The notes beneath the pieces were generated by a model that did no database searches, was not told the origin of the DNA, and saw only the letters and a program-made list of their open reading frames with translations. A DNA stretch of 39,538 bases, taken from Candidatus Izemoplasmatales bacterium (GTDB taxonomy: Bacteria > Bacillota_I > Bacilli_A > Izemoplasmatales > Hujiaoplasmataceae). Positions 34,369-39,538 of the stretch are shown here, piece after piece. A program made the position numbers and the translations under genes. Numbering within the stretch: position 1 is the stretch's first letter; the number at the start of each line of letters is the position of its first letter. The stretch is taken from contig JBFXGX010000016.1 in assembly GCA_050177605.1 (NCBI GenBank), forward strand, positions 1 through 39,538, given 5' to 3'.

Positions 34369-37300
34369 TTATCTAACAGAGCCTGGAATGTAGGTATAGA
34401 AAGTTCGGCTCTGTGTCACACTATTTTCAGTTACAGTAATTGTATAACTAACGGTGAGTGCTCTTTCAGGAATTTTAATGATTCGCCCTGTATTATCTAG
34501 GTATTCTGGATTGTTTGAAGTAAATGTAATGACTGCATTCTTGTGATTTGTTTGCATATAGTATTCGGATGCGACAAACTCTTCAAACAACCAAGTTAAT
34601 CCTGCTTCTCTTAATGTATGAGGACAATTTTTACCTGAAAAATCGACATGGAATTTTTGGTTTTCTTCTGGGAGACTATATTTTTCTAGTAAATAGGCCG
34701 CAAGCTTCGCCGTACGTTGCCACGTGCGATACATATCTCCATCTTGATTAATAGCCATTTCAATACCGATACCATTACGATTTCCACCGCCTAAATAAGT
34801 TCCCCCAAGCGTAGGAAGGGTCGAGCCGTCACCGGCATGATATCCTCTTTCAATTTCAGGTAAGTGTTGATAGATATTGACGCTATCTACAGTGAAATGC
34901 CATGAAACCCAAAGTTCGGTTCCAGCGATCGCATTATTGTATAAATAGTTTGCGTGTGCTAGTGCATTACTGCCTGTCGCAGTACTTGCTGTATCATGAA
35001 CGACGATCCAATAAACATTATACGGATTGTACTGTGTGACACCTTCAGGAAGTGGATCCATTGGTTCTCCAGGTCTTATTCCACTAGAAACAGGGACTAA
35101 TTTTGAAGTGTTAATTGGAATATCTCCAAAGTAATAACGAGAAACACTTTCAGCGCGAGTATCAAAATAGTTATATTCAAATCCATAAGCTACCCATTCA
35201 TGAATCGTTGAATATGCGACTTGTTGGGTTGTTAAATAATCAAGTAAATTATTTTCACTGTCTAAAGCGCCGTGAACATAGACAGTATAGCTAACATTGA
35301 CGGATGGATCACTATCTAGACTAGCTGTAAAGGTAACGAGTCCTTCTCCATACGTTGTAACGAAGCCTTGAGAATTAATATCCGCAACCATTGGTGCGCT
35401 ACTTACGATACTCGATGATTCTCCTTCAATTGTATAAGGGAATAATAAGGTAGAAAGGGTGAAAGTATCTCCTACTTCTATCGCACTGGAAACACTATCT
35501 GTAACAATTTCAATTCCAGGTGTGGTAATAATTGCAAAATCAAGTTGTGTACGAATCGTTGAAACTTGTGCACTTCGAATTTGAATGTATACAGCACCAC
35601 TTGATAATGGTGTGATTGTTCCGCTAGTATTGATGGTAACCAGACTAGGATTTCCTGTAATAAAGCGAACCGAAGCATCACTTAATTCATACGGAAGAAT
35701 TTCATAAGTAAATGTATAGGTTTCTCCAATCATAATCTCATCAATTGGATTCGTAATCGTAATAATGATTGGCAATAGAGGATTATAACTTGTTTCAGTA
35801 GGCATCGTCGATGAAGGGTAATTCCCTTTCAAATAATATGCATCAACATGAACAAACTGACCGTAATCAAGTTCTTCTGTTCCCCAGTAATTTAAAGTGA
35901 AATCAAAAGTGGATCCTGTATTTGCGATGACTGCACTAGCATAATTCGTCACTTGATTAAAACGTGCAATCTTTGTAAATTCTTGTTCTGTGGAGGAATA
36001 ACTCATATCAACAATAAAAGGATTAATAACTTGATCGATGACATTCCAATAGATTTTCAATACATCCGTAGAAGCAATATTCTCTTTTGCGGTTAGCGAC
36101 ATGGCTGTCGACATATTGGAAAACGAATTCGATTGAATAATAGTCTGTTCTCCGCCTAGATATTGAAGACAAATTGCGCCACTAGTAATTGTGTTAAATG
36201 TATTGTCAATGATTACTGTATTTAAAGCACTATTTAAATTGATAAAAAAGTTATTTGAAGCGGTTATTTGACTTGCATTGTTCTCTGAAAATGTAAAGTT
36301 AGAAATCGCGGTAGAGTTCGTAATGCTCGCATTTCCACTAAATAGCATGTTTGTAATTGTGACATCATTTGCATTAATCGTAAGCGTTCCTTCAAAGGAA
36401 GAAGTTTCACTAATACCTTCGATTGTAATTCCGTCTAAATTCACCGTCACATTTTCGATATAGTGGCCGCTTTCAACTTTCACTAAAGTCCCCTCAGTTG
36501 CGACACCTAAAGCAGAAGATAAGGTACTAAATAATTGCTCACCAAATTGAAGTTCTAGTCCATCCAAATCATACACATCACCAGATTGTAATGTACTATC
36601 GACAACCAAAATATTCATAACAGTCACATTAAACGTATCCGCGATGGTATCATCTAGCACTGATTTAGCAATAATCGTAGCGTTTCCTTCTCCTACTGCT
36701 TGTACATTCCCTTGTTCATCCACAGTAAGAATTGTTTCATCTGAACTTTCCCAAGTGACCACGCTGTAAGCTCCTACTGGAGAAGCGATGACTTCAAACA
36801 TAGCACTCATTCCCTTGATCAAAGAACTTGAACCATTGATTGATATTTCTTCAGTATATTTATATACCGTCACCGTGACTTCTTCTTGTAAGCTTGTATC
36901 GTAGGTTGAAGTTACTCTTACGATGGTTTCTCCAAATCCAATGGCAGTAAGTTGTCCATCTTCATCGACGGTCACAACATTCGTATTTCCAGATAAGAAA
37001 GTCAGTCCATCATTCGATGTAACTTGAATCAGTTCTGTGTCCCCGACGACTAACGTGTAGTCCTCTTTCTCAAAAGAAATGGTCACTAATTTTCTGACAT
37101 TCACGGTAATACTGATGGTTTTTGATTCATCATAGGTTGATGTTACATTGATCGTTGTGGACCCAACGCCAAGCGCTGTAATCAGTCCATCACTCGATAC
37201 TGAACAGATTTCACTGTTTTGAACATCATAACGTACACCATCATTACTTGTGATGACCAGTTGATTTGTTTCTTGTTCTGTTAGATTCACAATTAACGCA

Positions 37301-37650
37301 TTACTGGATAATGTAATTTGTTTGCGAACTTCTACGGTCACGTTTTGCATAACAGAATCATCATATTTAGAAGTAATTGTAACCACAACACTTCCTTCAG
37401 CTAATCCGGTAATATATCCTGTATCTGATAGAGAAATAATATTCTCTACATTGACAGAATATTCCAGCCCAACTGGGTCATTACTTGTCACAACAAGTTG
37501 ATAACTTTCACCTTCAATTACGGTGACCGAGTTGGTATTTACATTCACAACAATATCTTCATTCGTTGTCACAGTCGTTGTATCGTTATTGCATGCCACA
37601 ATAGAAAAACTCAACATAATTAACGTAACGAAGAATAATCCTTTTTTCAT
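34369..37650 (-). CDS. Lipoprotein N-acetylmuramoyl-L-alanine amidase (Amidase_2) on a stalk of Big_2 Ig domains and a beta-helix
   Basis: Lipobox IVAC; about six Big_2-type repeats (V..DG.ITA.G.G...I.V.S); beta-helix-like central region. The catalytic domain has IVVHDTA, SWHFTVD, YHAGDG, GIGIEMA and FHVDFSGKNCP (His/His/Cys zinc ligands, catalytic Glu). Confidence 0.9.
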   Translation of the reverse strand: MKKGLFFVTLIMLSFSIVACNNDTTTVTTNEDIVVNVNTNSVTVIEGESYQLVVTSNDPVGLEYSVNVENIISLSDTGYITGLAEGSVVVTITSKYDDSVMQNVTVEVRKQITLSSNALIVNLTEQETNQLVITSNDGVRYDVQNSEICSVSSDGLITALGVGSTTINVTSTYDESKTISITVNVRKLVTISFEKEDYTLVVGDTELIQVTSNDGLTFLSGNTNVVTVDEDGQLTAIGFGETIVRVTSTYDTSLQEEVTVTVYKYTEEISINGSSSLIKGMSAMFEVIASPVGAYSVVTWESSDETILTVDEQGNVQAVGEGNATIIAKSVLDDTIADTFNVTVMNILVVDSTLQSGDVYDLDGLELQFGEQLFSTLSSALGVATEGTLVKVESGHYIENVTVNLDGITIEGISETSSFEGTLTINANDVTITNMLFSGNASITNSTAISNFTFSENNASQITASNNFFINLNSALNTVIIDNTFNTITSGAICLQYLGGEQTIIQSNSFSNMSTAMSLTAKENIASTDVLKIYWNVIDQVINPFIVDMSYSSTEQEFTKIARFNQVTNYASAVIANTGSTFDFTLNYWGTEELDYGQFVHVDAYYLKGNYPSSTMPTETSYNPLLPIIITITNPIDEIMIGETYTFTYEILPYELSDASVRFITGNPSLVTINTSGTITPLSSGAVYIQIRSAQVSTIRTQLDFAIITTPGIEIVTDSVSSAIEVGDTFTLSTLLFPYTIEGESSSIVSSAPMVADINSQGFVTTYGEGLVTFTASLDSDPSVNVSYTVYVHGALDSENNLLDYLTTQQVAYSTIHEWVAYGFEYNYFDTRAESVSRYYFGDIPINTSKLVPVSSGIRPGEPMDPLPEGVTQYNPYNVYWIVVHDTASTATGSNALAHANYLYNNAIAGTELWVSWHFTVDSVNIYQHLPEIERGYHAGDGSTLPTLGGTYLGGGNRNGIGIEMAINQDGDMYRTWQRTAKLAAYLLEKYSLPEENQKFHVDFSGKNCPHTLREAGLTWLFEEFVASEYYMQTNHKNAVITFTSNNPEYLDNTGRIIKIPERALTVSYTITVTENSVTQSRTFYTYIPGSVR

Positions 37651-38696
37651 AACTCCTTAACCCCCATAGAACTTAATATTATATCTGCAATCTTTCCACG
37701 ATAGGAAAAGATTCGATTTCTTTCTCTTTTTGGATGAACCGCATTACTTAACATAACAAATCCGATGCCATGGAATGTATCCATCCATAGGTTACATCCT
37801 GTAAACCCAGTATGAAGAATCGTATGGTCAAAATCAACGAGTGTGCCCGCACTGCTATTGATTGAAGGTTTATCCCAACCATAGGATCTGATTTTTGTTC
37901 CTTCAGACAAATCAATGATTCGAGGTGGAAATAAGGAATCCACCGTTTCTTTTTTTAATATCTTTTCATCATTTTTTAAAATCGAAAAAATGAATTTTGA
38001 TAAGTCACCTACTGTGGAAAACATTCCCGCATGCCCTGCAACGCCGTTCATCGCAAATGATTTTTCATCATGTACTTTTCCTCTTAAAATTCCACTGTAC
38101 ACATGATCTACACGCATCTCCGTAGGGCAAGTTCTTTCACTATCAGGACTAAAACTGGTATCTTTCATTCCTAGCGGATCGTAAATGTATTCTTTAGCGA
38201 CAAGATCAAGTGGCTTGTTAGTCACTGTTTCAATCACCCATCCTAGTAAAATATACCCGATATCAGAATAGATGACTTTCGATCCTGTTGGATAAATCAA
38301 AGGTGCTTGTTTCACCTTGAATAAAACATCTTCTTTTGTTTTTAAATCCGCTGCTCTTTGGATATCTGCGGGTAAGCCACTGGAGTGTGTCAACAAATGT
38401 TTGATTTCAATATCAAGATGTTGAAACCAAGGTAATATAGAAGATACTTTTGTATCTAGTTTTAAAAATTGTAATTCAATTAACTTCATGATTAAAGTAG
38501 TCGTTGTTACGACTTTGGTTAAAGAGGCACAATCATAGATTTCATTGCCCTCTAATTTTTGAAGTTCAGGCACAAGTTCTTTATAACCAATGTAATTGGA
38601 ATCGATTGTTTTATCTACATATACAATCGCGTAGCTTGCGCCAGGAAAATCACCGTTTCGCACGCCTTCACTTAACAATTCGTCAATTTCTTTCAC
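37647..38696 (-). CDS. Beta-lactamase-fold serine hydrolase, AmiE-like muropeptide amidase/peptidase, no signal peptide
   Basis: SxxK (CASLTK), LLTHSSGL, YSD, GKVHDEKS, GVAGHAGMFST and HTGFTG motifs; GTG start; context with nagZ/namZ/murQ. Confidence 0.8.
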   Translation of the reverse strand: MKEIDELLSEGVRNGDFPGASYAIVYVDKTIDSNYIGYKELVPELQKLEGNEIYDCASLTKVVTTTTLIMKLIELQFLKLDTKVSSILPWFQHLDIEIKHLLTHSSGLPADIQRAADLKTKEDVLFKVKQAPLIYPTGSKVIYSDIGYILLGWVIETVTNKPLDLVAKEYIYDPLGMKDTSFSPDSERTCPTEMRVDHVYSGILRGKVHDEKSFAMNGVAGHAGMFSTVGDLSKFIFSILKNDEKILKKETVDSLFPPRIIDLSEGTKIRSYGWDKPSINSSAGTLVDFDHTILHTGFTGCNLWMDTFHGIGFVMLSNAVHPKRERNRIFSYRGKIADIILSSMGVKEL

Positions 38697-39538
38697 TAGT
38701 TTTTCTTCCTCATCATAAAAGATGCGCCGATGGAGACAAGCCCGAAGGTTAATAAATTAATCGCATTAAACCAAGTACATCCTGTTTTTGGTTCTTCAAC
38801 AATCACACAAGCCCCATCAACTCTCTCATAGCCACTTTCACATGGATTATCGATGCAATTTCCATCCACATACGTTTGATCTATTTGGCAAACAGAGACA
38901 CAGTCTCCATCTACGTAGGTTTCTCCAATCTGACACACAGAGACACAATCGCCATTCAAGTACTCTTCGCCAATTTCACAGACTGAGACACAATCTCCAT
39001 CTACGTAGGTTTCTCCGATTTGACACACAGAGACACAATCACCATTCAAGTATTCCTCGCCGATTTCACAGACTGAGACACAATCTCCATCTACGTAGGT
39101 TTCTCCAATCTGACACACTGAAACACATTCACCGTTCACATTTTCTTCGCCGATTTCACAGGAAAGTTGTTCTTTCTCAATGAGACTTTCCCAAGGGAAA
39201 GTCACATATTCTGGCCAGTAATAATCACTTAATCTCTCTAAAAACTGAACGACTTCAGTATCTGTACTGTTTAAAGTTCGATAACTAAAGAATGAACTTC
39301 CTATAATAGCGTCGTACTGAGAAATATATCGTAACTGTTCAGGTAATTCATTCACATCTGTCCAAGTATCATCATCATATCTGTAAAAACCATGACCAAT
39401 GATTAAATCAACGTTATAGGTATCACATAAATCTGCCCACCAGTCTACTAAGTCTGCGAATGGTGCACTCGAATGATCAAATTGCCAATAGAGTTGCGGA
39501 AGAATATAATCAACCCATCCTTCCATCACCCATTTTCT
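38696..39538 (-). CDS. GHL10 (YngK/DigH-like) glycoside hydrolase, 3' part, with Cys-rich repeat stalk and C-terminal anchor
   Basis: The frame is open to the window end. KWVMEGWVDYILPQLYW, LVDWW, LIIGHGFYR and GSSFFS match the end of the GHL10 TIM barrel; EPKTGC + TM + RKKN. Confidence 0.8.
   Translation of the reverse strand, partial: RKWVMEGWVDYILPQLYWQFDHSSAPFADLVDWWADLCDTYNVDLIIGHGFYRYDDDTWTDVNELPEQLRYISQYDAIIGSSFFSYRTLNSTDTEVVQFLERLSDYYWPEYVTFPWESLIEKEQLSCEIGEENVNGECVSVCQIGETYVDGDCVSVCEIGEEYLNGDCVSVCQIGETYVDGDCVSVCEIGEEYLNGDCVSVCQIGETYVDGDCVSVCQIDQTYVDGNCIDNPCESGYERVDGACVIVEEPKTGCTWFNAINLLTFGLVSIGASFMMRKKN
38807..39160 (-). repeat. Coding tandem repeat: 45-bp unit (C-x10-C-VSV), ~8 copies, with 90-bp higher-order periodicity
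   Basis: CTACGTAGGTTTCTCC recurs at 38911, 39001 and 39091. Protein units alternate CQIGETYVDGDCVSV and CEIGEEYLNGDCVSV. Confidence 0.95.

Noticed and set aside
34264..34500. 78-aa plus-strand ORF spanning the amidase end and the downstream promoter
   Set aside because: It is antisense to the amidase and covers a clear minus-strand promoter, with no coding evidence.
34369..35030. Prophage lysis module suggested by the endolysin-like amidase
   Set aside because: There are no holin, structural or integrase genes. The amidase is a lipoprotein embedded in a catabolic operon.
37647..38696. Beta-lactam resistance gene
   Set aside because: The SxxK fold is shared by many hydrolases. The lack of a signal peptide and the nagZ/namZ/murQ context favour a muropeptide amidase/peptidase.
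2063..38752. Numerous 60-110 aa ORFs nested in or antisense to long genes (e.g. 2063-2293, 8053-8382, 18129-18461, 20703-21026, 27031-27348, 32430-32723)
   Set aside because: They overlap well-supported CDSs, have no recognisable motifs, and are expected by chance.
38807..39160. Regularly spaced DNA repeats resembling a CRISPR array
   Set aside because: The units are contiguous, in-frame multiples of 3 with no unique spacers. They encode a protein repeat, and no cas genes are nearby.
38788..39183. 131-aa His/Arg-rich plus-strand ORF
   Set aside because: It is the antisense shadow of the coding repeat in the GHL10 gene; there is no RBS or independent evidence.
1..39538. Mycoplasma-type genetic code 4
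   Set aside because: TGA acts as a stop at ATGA overlaps (825, 15077, 17768, 37647), and the long ORFs are intact under code 11.

Overview
Low-GC bacterial window read with genetic code 11: TGA is used as a stop in several ATGA gene overlaps. Gene content and protein style suggest a free-living Mollicutes relative such as Izemoplasmatales or Acholeplasmatales; this is an inference, as the window has no marker gene. From left to right it holds the 5' part of hypB; a phd-doc toxin-antitoxin pair whose toxin carries an in-frame nonsense codon; a membrane-anchored papain-fold protein; and a divergent four-gene operon (YwaF/TMEM164-ABC ATPase fusion, ABC permease, small anchored protein, 1525-aa InlB-B-repeat lipoprotein). 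The remainder is a minus-strand locus of at least 27 kb (12501 to window end) that looks dedicated to foraging peptidoglycan. It encodes a surface GHL10-like glycosidase and an Amidase_2 lipoprotein, and a large uncharacterised surface protein. It also encodes an expanded sugar ABC importer (2 solute-binding proteins, 4 permeases, NHL/TPR, Yip1, DUF5696-like and YesL accessories) and cytoplasmic AmiE-like, NamZ, NagZ, MurK-like, MurQ and NagB enzymes. Two surface proteins of this locus end in a shared EPxTGC + transmembrane helix + basic tail motif that may be an undescribed C-terminal sorting signal. All family assignments come from motif recognition by eye, not from database searches.
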